Source of the DNA: an uncultured Anaerolineae bacterium
GTDB taxonomy: Bacteria > Chloroflexota > Anaerolineae > VGOG01
Assembly: GCA_964592085.1 (NCBI GenBank)
Contig: CAZQDO010000004.1
Location: 1-33,266 of the forward strand
DNA: 33,266 nt
Reading direction: 5' to 3'
The position numbers and the translations under genes were made by a program. This document shows positions 1 through 8,621 of this stretch, piece after piece. The first letter of the stretch is position 1. Each line of letters starts with the position of its first letter. A model generated the notes under the pieces. That model did not search any database. It was not told the DNA's origin and worked only from the letters and a program-made list of their open reading frames with translations.

Positions 1-367
1 TGGTCGAGGGGGCCTCCGGATTGTGTTTCCGAAGGGGGATGATGAGCTCCTGGTCTATTTGCAGGAGTTCAGGGCTCAGGATAGCATTGGCTTCCTGGAG
101 GGCCTCGGCGCTGATCCCATACTGCTTGGCGATCCCGATGATGGTATCGCCTGGTTGCACGATGTGGATCACCGGCGTGGGGCTGGGTGCAGGAGTGAAG
201 GTCAGAGCAGGGGTGGCCGGCGCCGGCGTCGAGGTGGGCCTGGGTGTCACCGTTGGCAGATTGACAGCACCAGCGGGCACTGGTGTGGGAGTGGGCACTG
301 TTATCACCTGACCGCAGCCACATAGGATCAGTGCAATGATGGATAGGGCAACGAAAAAAATTCTCAT
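1..367 (-). CDS. LysM domain-containing secreted/lipoprotein (C-terminus runs off window start)
   Basis: Not in the ORF track because it has no stop in the window. Minus strand from ATG at 367 reads MRIFFVALSIIALILCGCGQ (signal peptide with Cys), then a Pro/Thr-rich linker, then HIVQPGDTIIGIAKQYGISAEALQEANAILSPELLQIDQELIIP, a canonical LysM pattern. GGAG lies 8 nt upstream of the ATG. Confidence 0.8.
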   Translation of the reverse strand, partial: MRIFFVALSIIALILCGCGQVITVPTPTPVPAGAVNLPTVTPRPTSTPAPATPALTFTPAPSPTPVIHIVQPGDTIIGIAKQYGISAEALQEANAILSPELLQIDQELIIPLRKHNPEAPST

Positions 368-405
368 TTTCGCTACTCCACGACGAGGGGTTTTAGATGG
401 GCCTA

Positions 406-434
406 ATTATACCAGATAGAAGGTAAATCGGCAA
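406..434 (-). promoter_or_regulatory. Putative sigma70-type promoter for the LysM gene (TTGCCG-17-TATAAT on minus strand)
   Basis: Reverse complement of 406-411 is TATAAT. A 17-nt spacer separates it from 429-434, whose reverse complement is TTGCCG. It sits about 40 nt upstream of the ATG at 367. Confidence 0.3.
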
Positions 435-443
435 AAACCGGCC

Positions 444-472
444 TTGTCAGAAGTGGAAAATTGTGTTACACT
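444..472 (+). promoter_or_regulatory. Putative sigma70-type promoter for mutS2 (TTGTCA-17-TACACT with TG extended -10)
   Basis: TTGTCA at 444-449, 17-nt spacer ending in TGT, TACACT at 467-472. It is divergent from the LysM promoter. Confidence 0.35.
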
Positions 473-549
473 ATCGCTACCTTCTGGTAGCCCAAGACCC
501 TGACTGCCAACACACCAGAAATCACTCCTGATTGCGACTGAGGAAAGAG

Positions 550-2910
550 ATGAACCATAAGTATCTGCAAATTCTCGAACTACCCAAAATACTGAAGCGG
601 CTGGCGGAACACACTTCGTTCTCTGCCGGCCGGAAACTGGCCTTGCGCTTGCAGCCCTCTCCTGATTTTGATGAAGTGGCCAGGCGACAGGGGGAGACCG
701 GCGAGGCCAGAGCTCTGCTGGATGCCAGTGCCGATGTCTCCCTGGGTGGGGCGCGGGACGTGCGCCCTCTGGTGGACAGAGCGGAGCATGGCGCTGTCCT
801 GTTGCCCGACGAGCTCCTGGACGTCCAAAGCACTCTGGCCAGTGGACGAACCCTGCGACGGGCCATCACCCGCCTGCGCGATCAATTCCCCCTTCTGGCC
901 AGCACTGCTGCCAGGGTCGAGGAGTGCCCTGATGTTATCGCCGAGATCGCCCGCTGCATCAACGACCGGGCTGAGGTGGTGGATGGGGCCAGTCAGAACC
1001 TGGCCCGCATCCGCCGCGAGCTGAGGCAGGCCCACCAGAGGCTGATGGCCAAGCTGGATAGGATCGTGTCCGCTTCGTCCAATGTCGCCTTTCTCCAGGA
1101 GGCCTTCATCACCCAGCGGGGCGGGCGCTACGTCATCCCGCTCAAGACCGATTTCAAAGGGCGCATTCCCGGCATCGTCCACGACCAGTCAGCCAGCGGC
1201 GCCACCGTCTTCATCGAGCCCATCTCCACCGTCGAGCTGAACAACCGCTGGCGAGAGCTGCAACTGGAGGAGGAGCGGGAGGTGCAGCGCATCCTGGCAG
1301 GGCTCTCCAACCTGGTGGCCGAGGAAGGCGAGTTCATCCAGCGCACCGTCGAAGCTCTGGCCGAGCTTGACCTGGCCTTCGCTAAGGCCAGATACGCCGA
1401 GGAGATCGAGGGGGTGGAGCCTAAGCTGGTCGCTTTCAAGAAAACGGCCGACGGTCTGCACCCTGGGTCCTGCATCCAACTGATCAAAGCCCGTCACCCG
1501 CTGATTGACCCGGCCAAGGTGGTACCCATTGATGTCTATCTGGACGAAGACTATTTCATCATCGTCATCACTGGGCCTAACACCGGCGGCAAAACCGTTT
1601 CCCTTAAGACGGTGGGTCTCCTATCCTTGATGGCCCAGTGTGGATTGGCCATCCCTGCCGACCAGGGCTCCGCCCTCTCCGTGTTCAGCGACATCTACGC
1701 CGACATCGGCGACGAGCAGTCCATCGAGCAAAGCCTCTCCACCTTCTCCGCTCACATCACCAACGTCATCAGCATCCTGGACCAGGCCGGAGAGCGCTCC
1801 CTCGTGCTGCTGGACGACCTGGGAGCCGGCACTGACCCAGGCGAAGGTTCGGCCATCGCCAGGGCACTGCTTTCTCACTTCCTGCGACGGCGGATCACGT
1901 CCTTCATCTCCACCCACTACCCGGAACTGAAGTTCTACGCCCACACCACACCGGGGGTGGAAAACGCCTGCGTGGAATTCGACCTGGAGACCCTCTCACC
2001 TACCTACGAGCTGAGCATCGGCTTGCCTGGCCGCAGCAACGCTTTCGCCATCGCCCGACGCCTGGGCCTCTCGCCCGAGATCGTGAGCGAGGCCGAGAGC
2101 CTGGTCTCGCCAGAGAGCCTGGAGACGGAGGGGTTGCTCGCCGAGATCAAGCGGGCTCACCAGGAGACCCTGGCTGCTCAAGAGGCAGCGGAGGCGGCCC
2201 GGGATCGGGTTGAAGGACTGGAGGGAGAACTGCGCCAGGAGTTGACCGACATTGAGAGAACGAGGCGCGAGATACTGAGTACTGCCCGTGAGGAGGCTCA
2301 ACGGGAGCTAACAGAAGTGCGTGCCGAGCTAAGGAAAATCAGATCTGGGCTGGGCACCACCGCCGCCACCCGGGAGTGGATGGCCCAGGCCGAAGATAAA
2401 CTGGCCTCGCTGGAGCCCCAGCCTGTCGAGCACATCGTTCAGCCACGCTTCGTGCCCCAGCAGCCGCTAAGCCTGGGCGACACTGTCTGGGTGGCGAGCC
2501 TGCAAGCCACCGGCGAGATCACGGAGCTCGTAGGGGACGAGGCCGAGGTGCAGGTGGGCTCTTTTCGGATCAGGGCTGAAGTGGGCGACCTGGAGTTTAG
2601 AGGGAAAGCCGCCAAGCCACAAATCACGGAGCGGGCAGTGAGCGTTCCCAGGGTCGCCTCGCCCGGCCTGGAACTGAACCTGCGGGGGCAGACGACTGAG
2701 CAGGTGTTGCCTCGCCTGGACAAGTACCTGAACGACGCATACCTGGCAGGGTTGCCCAAGGTTCGCATCATCCACGGCAAGGGAACCGGGGCGCTCCGGC
2801 GCGCTGTGCGCGACTTTGTAGCAGGCCACCCCCTGGTAGCCTCCCACCGACCTGGCGACCGCTACGAGGGTGGGGAAGGCGCGACGGTGGTGGAGTTGGC
2901 AGCCAGGTAA
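550..2910 (+). CDS. mutS2: Endonuclease MutS2 (MutS domain V ATPase plus C-terminal Smr domain)
   Basis: ORF 532-2910. ATG at 550 is preceded by GAGGAAAGAG. Walker A is GPNTGGKT, followed by DDLGAGTDP. A long coiled-coil region precedes the C-terminal Smr motif LNLRGQTTEQVL...VRIIHGKGTGALRRAV. Confidence 0.93.
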   Translation: MNHKYLQILELPKILKRLAEHTSFSAGRKLALRLQPSPDFDEVARRQGETGEARALLDASADVSLGGARDVRPLVDRAEHGAVLLPDELLDVQSTLASGRTLRRAITRLRDQFPLLASTAARVEECPDVIAEIARCINDRAEVVDGASQNLARIRRELRQAHQRLMAKLDRIVSASSNVAFLQEAFITQRGGRYVIPLKTDFKGRIPGIVHDQSASGATVFIEPISTVELNNRWRELQLEEEREVQRILAGLSNLVAEEGEFIQRTVEALAELDLAFAKARYAEEIEGVEPKLVAFKKTADGLHPGSCIQLIKARHPLIDPAKVVPIDVYLDEDYFIIVITGPNTGGKTVSLKTVGLLSLMAQCGLAIPADQGSALSVFSDIYADIGDEQSIEQSLSTFSAHITNVISILDQAGERSLVLLDDLGAGTDPGEGSAIARALLSHFLRRRITSFISTHYPELKFYAHTTPGVENACVEFDLETLSPTYELSIGLPGRSNAFAIARRLGLSPEIVSEAESLVSPESLETEGLLAEIKRAHQETLAAQEAAEAARDRVEGLEGELRQELTDIERTRREILSTAREEAQRELTEVRAELRKIRSGLGTTAATREWMAQAEDKLASLEPQPVEHIVQPRFVPQQPLSLGDTVWVASLQATGEITELVGDEAEVQVGSFRIRAEVGDLEFRGKAAKPQITERAVSVPRVASPGLELNLRGQTTEQVLPRLDKYLNDAYLAGLPKVRIIHGKGTGALRRAVRDFVAGHPLVASHRPGDRYEGGEGATVVELAAR

Positions 2911-2918
2911 ATTTGAAT

Positions 2919-2947
2919 TTGACAAAATCCTCGCTCTGTGTTATAAT
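2919..2947 (+). promoter_or_regulatory. Consensus sigma70 promoter (TTGACA-17-TATAAT) driving lacI-family gene and ABC operon
   Basis: TTGACA at 2919-2924, exactly 17 nt spacer, TATAAT at 2942-2947. It lies 9 nt after the mutS2 stop. Confidence 0.6.
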
Positions 2948-2975
2948 GTGAACGTTCACGGTGAACGTTCACATT
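2945..2975. promoter_or_regulatory. Tandem LacI-type operator: two perfect 12-bp palindromes GTGAACGTTCAC forming a 31-bp near-perfect palindrome
   Basis: GTGAACGTTCAC occurs at 2948-2959 and 2961-2972. The whole AATGTGAACGTTCAC-G-GTGAACGTTCACATT is symmetric about G2960. Each copy resembles the LacI/CcpA-type TGNAANCGNTNNCA consensus with a central CG. It overlaps the -10 element and the expected transcription start. Confidence 0.65.
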
Positions 2976-3028
2976 ATTTGCTGTGCACACTCCTCGTTTC
3001 TACTCCTGTTAAACTCCACGAGGTTTCG

Positions 3029-4027
3029 ATGAAGCGTAAGCAGATCACCATCGAAGATGTCGCTGCCCTGGCAGGCGTCTCCCGCCAGACTGTTTCGCGT
3101 GTCCTGAACGACAAAGACATAGTTGCCGAAGCAACCCGCCAACGCGTGCTATCCGCGGTCGAGGAGCTAGGGTACCGACCGAGTAAGGTGGCACGGGCTA
3201 TGGTTACACATCGCACCGAAACCGTGGGCCTCGTGGTAGGTGATATTGCCAACCCCTTTTTCCCCGAAGTTGCCCGAGGAGTCGTGGATACAGCCCAGAC
3301 CCAAGGGTACAACGTTTTCCTATGCAACTCTGATGGGAACGTGGAGCAAGAAGCCCGCATCCTGCACTCCATGGCCGAGCACGCCGTGGATGGCATCATC
3401 ATCTACCCTGGCTTTGGTGGTGGGAATAACTTGAGGGCTTTTGCGGAGCACGCGCCGCTGGTGGCGATCAACTGTTTTTTCGATTATCCAGGAGCCAGTC
3501 GGGTTATGGTAGACACCCGCCGTGGAGCGAAACTGGCGGTGAGCTACCTGATTGACAAGGGACACACTGCCATTGGCATGCTAGCCGGGCAAGCCCCATC
3601 TCTGAGTCTCATGCGCCGTGTCCGGGGGTATCGTGACGCACTGATGGCCCACGGGCTTCCCATCGTCACCGAGTGGATCTTACCTGGCTCCCCGGTCGTG
3701 GCGCGTGGCGTCGAGTCAACCCGGCAACTGCTGACTCAATATCCCCAGATGACGGCGATTTTCGCCTACAACGATTTGCTGGCCGTGGGTGCCATGCGGG
3801 CTTGCCAGGAACTGGGCCGCCGTGTACCCGATGATTGCGCTATCATTGGTTTCGATGACATTCCACTGGCTGCGATGTTGGCCCCACCGCTGACCACGGT
3901 CGGCGTGGACAAGTATGACCTAGGACGACAGGCAATGGGCCGTCTGTTGGATATGTTGGACAGTCCTGGGACCACCTTTCCTCCTGTCTATCTCAATGTC
4001 GAGTTGGTCATCCGGGAGTCGGCATAG
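3029..4027 (+). CDS. LacI family transcriptional regulator
   Basis: N-terminal HTH ITIEDVAALAGVSRQTVSRVLND, followed by a periplasmic-binding-protein-like sugar-binding core (GIIIYPG, FAYNDLLAVGA, IIGFDDIPLA). I chose the ATG at 3029, because the ORF-track start at 2870 would overlap mutS2 and the promoter. Confidence 0.9.
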   Translation: MKRKQITIEDVAALAGVSRQTVSRVLNDKDIVAEATRQRVLSAVEELGYRPSKVARAMVTHRTETVGLVVGDIANPFFPEVARGVVDTAQTQGYNVFLCNSDGNVEQEARILHSMAEHAVDGIIIYPGFGGGNNLRAFAEHAPLVAINCFFDYPGASRVMVDTRRGAKLAVSYLIDKGHTAIGMLAGQAPSLSLMRRVRGYRDALMAHGLPIVTEWILPGSPVVARGVESTRQLLTQYPQMTAIFAYNDLLAVGAMRACQELGRRVPDDCAIIGFDDIPLAAMLAPPLTTVGVDKYDLGRQAMGRLLDMLDSPGTTFPPVYLNVELVIRESA

Positions 4028-4040
4028 AAGGGGCAGCAAA

Positions 4041-5054
4041 GTGATCCACTCAGATGCAAACACGATCCTGGAGATCAAAAACCTGAAAACCTACTTCTTT
4101 CTCGACAACGGCACGGTAAGGGCGGTGGACGGGGTCAATCTGAAGTTGGATCGCCATACTACCCTGGGCCTGGTCGGTGAAAGTGGTTGCGGCAAGAGTG
4201 TCACGGCCCTGTCGGTCATGCGGCTCATCCAATCCCCCCCAGGCAAGATCGTGGAGGGTCAGATCTGGCTCTATCAAGATGGGGGCAGGCGAATCGTGGA
4301 TATTGCCGACCTCGACTCCCGAGGTCCGGAGATGCGGAGCATCCGCGGTGGCCAAATTGCGATGGTTTTTCAGGAGCCAATGACCTCTCTGAACCCCTTG
4401 TACACGGCGGGGTCACAGATCGCAGAGTCAGTGCAGTTGCATCAGAACGTTAGCCGTAAAGAGGCCATGGGCCGGGCGCTGGCGATGCTCTACAAGGTCC
4501 GCATCAGCGATCCTGAGCAGCGACTCCACGAATATCCCCACCAACTGAGCGGCGGCATGCGGCAGCGGGTGATGATTGCCCTGGCCCTGTCCTGCAATCC
4601 TGCGATCCTGATCGCGGACGAGCCCACCACGGCCCTCGACGTGACGGTCCAGGCCCAGATCCTGGACCTGATGCGCGAATTACAGAGCGAGTTTGGGTCT
4701 TCTATCATCATGATCACCCACAACCTGGGTGTGATCTCCCAGATAGCTGATTGCGTGGCGGTGATGTACCTGGGCAAGGTCGTCGAATATGCCGACGTGC
4801 GGACGGTATTTCACAACCCCCTTCACCCCTATACCCTTGGGCTTTTGAATTCCGTTCCAGTATTTGGCAGGAAGGAGAAAAAGGTGCTGGTACCCATCGA
4901 GGGGATGGTTCCCACCCCCACCGAAATCATTCCGGGCTGTGCGTTTGCACCGAGATGTCCCAGCGCCAAGAAGATCTGCGAGGAGAAAGAGCCTATCCTG
5001 CGGGAAGTCGAGCCAGGCCATCAGGTAGCCTGCTGGCCTGCTTGGGTTGAGTAG
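4041..5054 (+). CDS. ABC transporter ATP-binding protein, OppD/DppD type
   Basis: Walker A GESGCGKS, signature LSGGMRQR, Walker B ILIADEPTTALD, and Opp-type C-terminal extension HPYTLGLLNSVP with a 4-Cys cluster. I prefer the GTG at 4041 (GAAGGGG upstream). The alternative ATG at 3996 would overlap the lacI-family gene. Confidence 0.85.
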   Translation: MIHSDANTILEIKNLKTYFFLDNGTVRAVDGVNLKLDRHTTLGLVGESGCGKSVTALSVMRLIQSPPGKIVEGQIWLYQDGGRRIVDIADLDSRGPEMRSIRGGQIAMVFQEPMTSLNPLYTAGSQIAESVQLHQNVSRKEAMGRALAMLYKVRISDPEQRLHEYPHQLSGGMRQRVMIALALSCNPAILIADEPTTALDVTVQAQILDLMRELQSEFGSSIIMITHNLGVISQIADCVAVMYLGKVVEYADVRTVFHNPLHPYTLGLLNSVPVFGRKEKKVLVPIEGMVPTPTEIIPGCAFAPRCPSAKKICEEKEPILREVEPGHQVACWPAWVE

Positions 5055-5247
5055 CCGAAGGCGTATCGAAACCAACGAGGCATCGCCAGCAGGGTGATGC
5101 CAAGTGTTGGCTGTGGCAGACTTGTCGAGTGGGTTCTTTATTTCAGGAAGGAGGTGATGAAACGGGACCAGACGGGGAAGTGCGGAGGGATCTTCCACCC
5201 TCAGGTTGATTCGCATCTCATGACACAAACAAACTAAGGAGGAAGAA

Positions 5248-7503
5248 ATGTACAAGAAATGGATGAATTTGATCGCCTTGGTGGCGATGGCTGCCCTGAT
5301 ACTCCCGTCCTGTGCCACACCCACCCCCGAGGTGATCGAGAAGGAAGTAATCGTCGAGAAGCCGGTGGTCGAGACCGTGATCGTCGAGAAAGAGAAGGTC
5401 GTCGAGAAGCCGGTGGTCGAGACCGTGGTGGTCGAGAGGGAGAAGATCGTCGAGAAGCCAGTGGTCGAGACCGTGGTGGTCGAGAAAGAGGTGGTGGTCG
5501 AGAAAGAGGTCGAGAAGCTCGTCGAGGTCGTCGGCGCCATCCCCTACGCCGAGAGTGTGCCCATAGGCACCGGCCCCGAGGCCAAGCGCTTCAAACTCGA
5601 AGAGGTTATGACCTACGAGGCGCTGCCTGAGTACCATCAGGCTCCATGGTTGGACGCGTTCGTGGCCGACGGGACGATCCCACCCGTCGAGGATCGCCTA
5701 CCCAAAGAACCGCAGGTCATGCTGGCCTCTGGCATGTCGACCGGCGTCGGGACGTACGGCGGCGTGTGGCGCGACTTTTCCGCCTGCCCTACCGAGGGCT
5801 GGAACCTGGGTGCTGGCCAGACGCAGGGTTGGTTCGGGATCAACATCATCTACGAGGAAGCACTGCTGATCACTGGTCCCTTGTTCAGGTCCGAAAAGGT
5901 TGAGCCGTGGCCCAACCTGGCCAAGAGCTTTGAGTGGTCGGACGACGGCTACGAGCTCACCATGCACCTGATCGAGGGGGCCAAGTGGTCCGACGGAGAG
6001 CCTTTCAGCGCGGATGACGTCATGTTCACCTGGGAGTACTTCATCCTGGACCCCAACGTCAACTCTTTCACCTCCCGCACCACCTGGCAGATCGGCGGCG
6101 AGGACGTCACCCTGGAGAAGGTGGACGACTATACCATCAAGTGGACCTTCCCCGTGCCCTTCCCCGTCCAGAAGCTGTTCAGCATGACCGAGTACAACTT
6201 TGCAGTGTGGCCCAAGCACATCTGGGAGCCCCTGCACCCGGCCTTTTCGGACAACGACTACATCGCCTTTGAGAAGGCCTGGCCGGCAGACAAGCTGCCC
6301 AACGTCGGCATGGGCCCCTGGATCGCGGTGGAGTACAAGACCGACGAGCTCATGGTGTTGCGTCGCAACCCCTACTACTGGAAGGTGGACGAGGAGGGAA
6401 ACCAGTTGCCCTACTTCGACGAAGTGGTGTTCGAGAAGGGCTCCACCGGCGTGGGCCGCACGCTGAGCACGCTGGCCGGGAGCGCGGACCACAGCAACCT
6501 GGAGAACCCCAGCACCTTCAACGAGACACTGAAGCGGGCCGCCGAAGCGGACGCCCACTTCTTCGTCACCTGGGGCCCCGAGATGCTCGTCTTCCCGCTA
6601 CTTATGAACCAGTCGGCCTCGTTGGGCGTGCAGGATGAGCGGGACGCCGAACTGCGCAAGTTGTTCCGCAACGTGACCTTCCGCCGCGCGGTGAGCCAGG
6701 CGGTTGACCGCGATGGCATCGCCCAGGCGATCATACGCGGTCCCTTCCTGCGCGCCTGGCCGGGTGGCCTCTACCCCGGCGCGGCCGAGTACGATCGCGC
6801 CTCCGTCGTCTACTATCCTTACAGCCCCGATACCTCGCGCAAGCTACTGGCCGAGTTGGGCTTCGAGGACACCGACGGCAACGGCATCCTGAACTGGACC
6901 GAGGGCCCGCTGGCTGGCCAGGACCTGGTGATCGCCTTGATCGCCACCGAGGACCAGGCGGAGTCGGTGAGCGTCGCCGAAGCGCTGGTGCCGCTGATGG
7001 CTGATGTCGGCATTCAGGTGAACTTCCGCCCGGTCAAGGCCACCGTACGGGACGATTCGATGGTAAGTGGTGAGTGGGAGTGGAACGTGGACCGCGGCGG
7101 TTATGAATACGCTGTGCCCTTCTCCTATGCCACAAGCCTGGCACCGATCACGAAGGAGAGCCCAGCCTGGCACCGCGAGGGCGAGCAGCCGCGCGAGCTC
7201 CAGCCCTTCGAGGAAGAGCTGGTCGAGATCGTGAACGAGTTCGCCCTGGAGCCGGATGCCGAGAAGCGCAACGAGCTGATGTTCGAGTACAACCGCATCT
7301 TCACCGAGAACGTCTACCTAGTCGGCACCGTCATCGGCAGCTACGGCCTGGCCCTGGCCAAGCGCTTCGACAACATCCCCGCTGGTTCGACGCCGTTCTT
7401 CTATCACTGGACCTGGGCCAACGTCAGCCCCGAGCAGATGTGGACGGCGACCGAGGAGCAGTTGACGCAGATCCGGCCCAATGAGATCCCGATCTATGAG
7501 TAA
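5248..7503 (+). CDS. ABC transporter substrate-binding lipoprotein, family 5 (peptide/nickel/oligosaccharide type) with repetitive N-terminal linker
   Basis: AAGGAGG RBS. Signal peptide MYKKWMNLIALVAMAALILPSC, then an E/K/V/T repeat linker, then an SBP_bac_5-like body (RRNPYYWKVDEEGNQLPYFDEVVF is typical). Confidence 0.88.
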   Translation: MYKKWMNLIALVAMAALILPSCATPTPEVIEKEVIVEKPVVETVIVEKEKVVEKPVVETVVVEREKIVEKPVVETVVVEKEVVVEKEVEKLVEVVGAIPYAESVPIGTGPEAKRFKLEEVMTYEALPEYHQAPWLDAFVADGTIPPVEDRLPKEPQVMLASGMSTGVGTYGGVWRDFSACPTEGWNLGAGQTQGWFGINIIYEEALLITGPLFRSEKVEPWPNLAKSFEWSDDGYELTMHLIEGAKWSDGEPFSADDVMFTWEYFILDPNVNSFTSRTTWQIGGEDVTLEKVDDYTIKWTFPVPFPVQKLFSMTEYNFAVWPKHIWEPLHPAFSDNDYIAFEKAWPADKLPNVGMGPWIAVEYKTDELMVLRRNPYYWKVDEEGNQLPYFDEVVFEKGSTGVGRTLSTLAGSADHSNLENPSTFNETLKRAAEADAHFFVTWGPEMLVFPLLMNQSASLGVQDERDAELRKLFRNVTFRRAVSQAVDRDGIAQAIIRGPFLRAWPGGLYPGAAEYDRASVVYYPYSPDTSRKLLAELGFEDTDGNGILNWTEGPLAGQDLVIALIATEDQAESVSVAEALVPLMADVGIQVNFRPVKATVRDDSMVSGEWEWNVDRGGYEYAVPFSYATSLAPITKESPAWHREGEQPRELQPFEEELVEIVNEFALEPDAEKRNELMFEYNRIFTENVYLVGTVIGSYGLALAKRFDNIPAGSTPFFYHWTWANVSPEQMWTATEEQLTQIRPNEIPIYE
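5353..5496 (+). repeat. Three tandem 48-bp in-frame repeats (16-aa unit VEKPVVETVVVEKEKV), with degenerate copies on both sides (about 5335-5535)
   Basis: Units 5353-5400, 5401-5448 and 5449-5496 each begin GTCGAGAAGCC(G/A)GTGGTCGAGACCGTG and differ at a few positions. Confidence 0.9.
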
Positions 7504-7520
7504 CGTGGGCTAGTAGAGAA

Positions 7521-7562
7521 CAGCAGGAGGAGGAGATATCTCCTCCTCCTGCTGCCTTTTCT
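7521..7562 (+). terminator. Perfect 34-nt palindrome followed by CCTTTTCT: intrinsic terminator/attenuator after the SBP gene
   Basis: CAGCAGGAGGAGGAGATATCTCCTCCTCCTGCTG at 7521-7554 is fully self-complementary. A T-rich tract follows, and it lies between the SBP and permease genes. Confidence 0.6.
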
Positions 7563-7584
7563 CACAATCGCTGAGGATTAGCCT

Positions 7585-8583
7585 ATGATCAACTACATCT
7601 TGCGTAGATTACTGTTCGCCGTGGTAGTGCTGGTCGGGATCAGCGCGGTGTCCTTTGTCGTCATCCAACTGCCGCCTGGCGACTTTGCTACTGTGTACAA
7701 GCAGCGGCTCATCAATCAGGCCGGTATGTCAGCGGCCGAGGCAGAAGCAATAGCGGATGTTTTCCGGGAAAGATATGGCCTGGACAAGCCTCTACCCATT
7801 CAATATTTCAACTGGATCAAGGGCATCGTGACCGAGGGAAACTTCGGCTTTTCTATGGCCTATGGGAGGGACGTGGGGGTGCTGATCAGAGAGCGCTTGC
7901 CGCGCACCATCTTGCTGGCTTTGCTGGCCCACGCCACTTCGACCCTGGTTGGCGTCGTCGTCGGCATCTACATCGCACCCCGCCAGTATAGTCTGAGTGA
8001 CAACGTTGCCGCGTTCGTGGCCTTTATCTTTACCTCGTTGCCCCGCTTTTGGATCGCGCTAGTCATCATCTATCTCCTCGTTTTTGTGTTTAAGCAGCAA
8101 CACGTCAGCTCTTTCTTTTCCCCACAATACGTGCTCGCCCCGTGGTCCTGGCCCAAGTTGCTGGACTTCATCAAGCACATCTGGCCGGTGGTCGTGATTG
8201 CCGGCCTGGGGGGGGTGGCCCGGAACATGCGCGTCATGCGGGGGAATCTACTGGACGTGCTGAACGCGCAGTACGTGACGACGGCACGCTCCAAGGGGTT
8301 GACGGAAAACAAGGTGATGTACAAACACGCCGTCCCCAACGCCCTGCATCCGATCATTATGTACCAGGGTATGGTGCTGCCCTACATGGTGCAAGGCGAG
8401 CTACAGGCAGCCATTGTGATGAGCATCCCAACCATCAGCCCCATGTTCTACGATTCGCTCATCAATCAGGACATCTATATTACGGGCGGTATCCTGTTGA
8501 TGTACAGCGTGATGCTGGTGGTAGGCAATATCCTGGCCGATGTCTTTCTGGCCATGTTGGACCCGCGCATCCGATACACCTAG
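7585..8583 (+). CDS. ABC transporter permease, OppB/DppB type
   Basis: Multiple TM segments. EAA-loop region [22 protein letters not shown] is typical of the BPD_transp_1 Opp/Dpp first permease. GAGGA lies upstream of the ATG. Confidence 0.9.
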   Translation: MINYILRRLLFAVVVLVGISAVSFVVIQLPPGDFATVYKQRLINQAGMSAAEAEAIADVFRERYGLDKPLPIQYFNWIKGIVTEGNFGFSMAYGRDVGVLIRERLPRTILLALLAHATSTLVGVVVGIYIAPRQYSLSDNVAAFVAFIFTSLPRFWIALVIIYLLVFVFKQQHVSSFFSPQYVLAPWSWPKLLDFIKHIWPVVVIAGLGGVARNMRVMRGNLLDVLNAQYVTTARSKGLTENKVMYKHAVPNALHPIIMYQGMVLPYMVQGELQAAIVMSIPTISPMFYDSLINQDIYITGGILLMYSVMLVVGNILADVFLAMLDPRIRYT

Positions 8584-8621
8584 CGCACGTCCGAATTCCT
8601 GATCGTTTTGGGAGTTGAGAC

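Noticed and set aside
2870-3028. N-terminal extensions in the ORF track: LacI from 2870, MutS2 from 532, GH4-1 from 14958, PfpI from 13264, cytochrome from 10911, methyltransferase from 20535
   Set aside because: The extensions overlap upstream genes, promoters or terminators and lack an RBS. Internal starts with Shine-Dalgarno sequences give N-termini that match the family-typical beginnings.
4680-6558. Long antisense ORFs 4680-5540(-), 5218-5637(-), 5259-5630(+) and 5698-6558(-) overlapping the OppD-like and SBP genes
   Set aside because: Their translations are low-complexity (STT/FST or RG/RE runs) and are generated by the 48-bp repeat and the high GC content. The sense-strand genes have clear family motifs.
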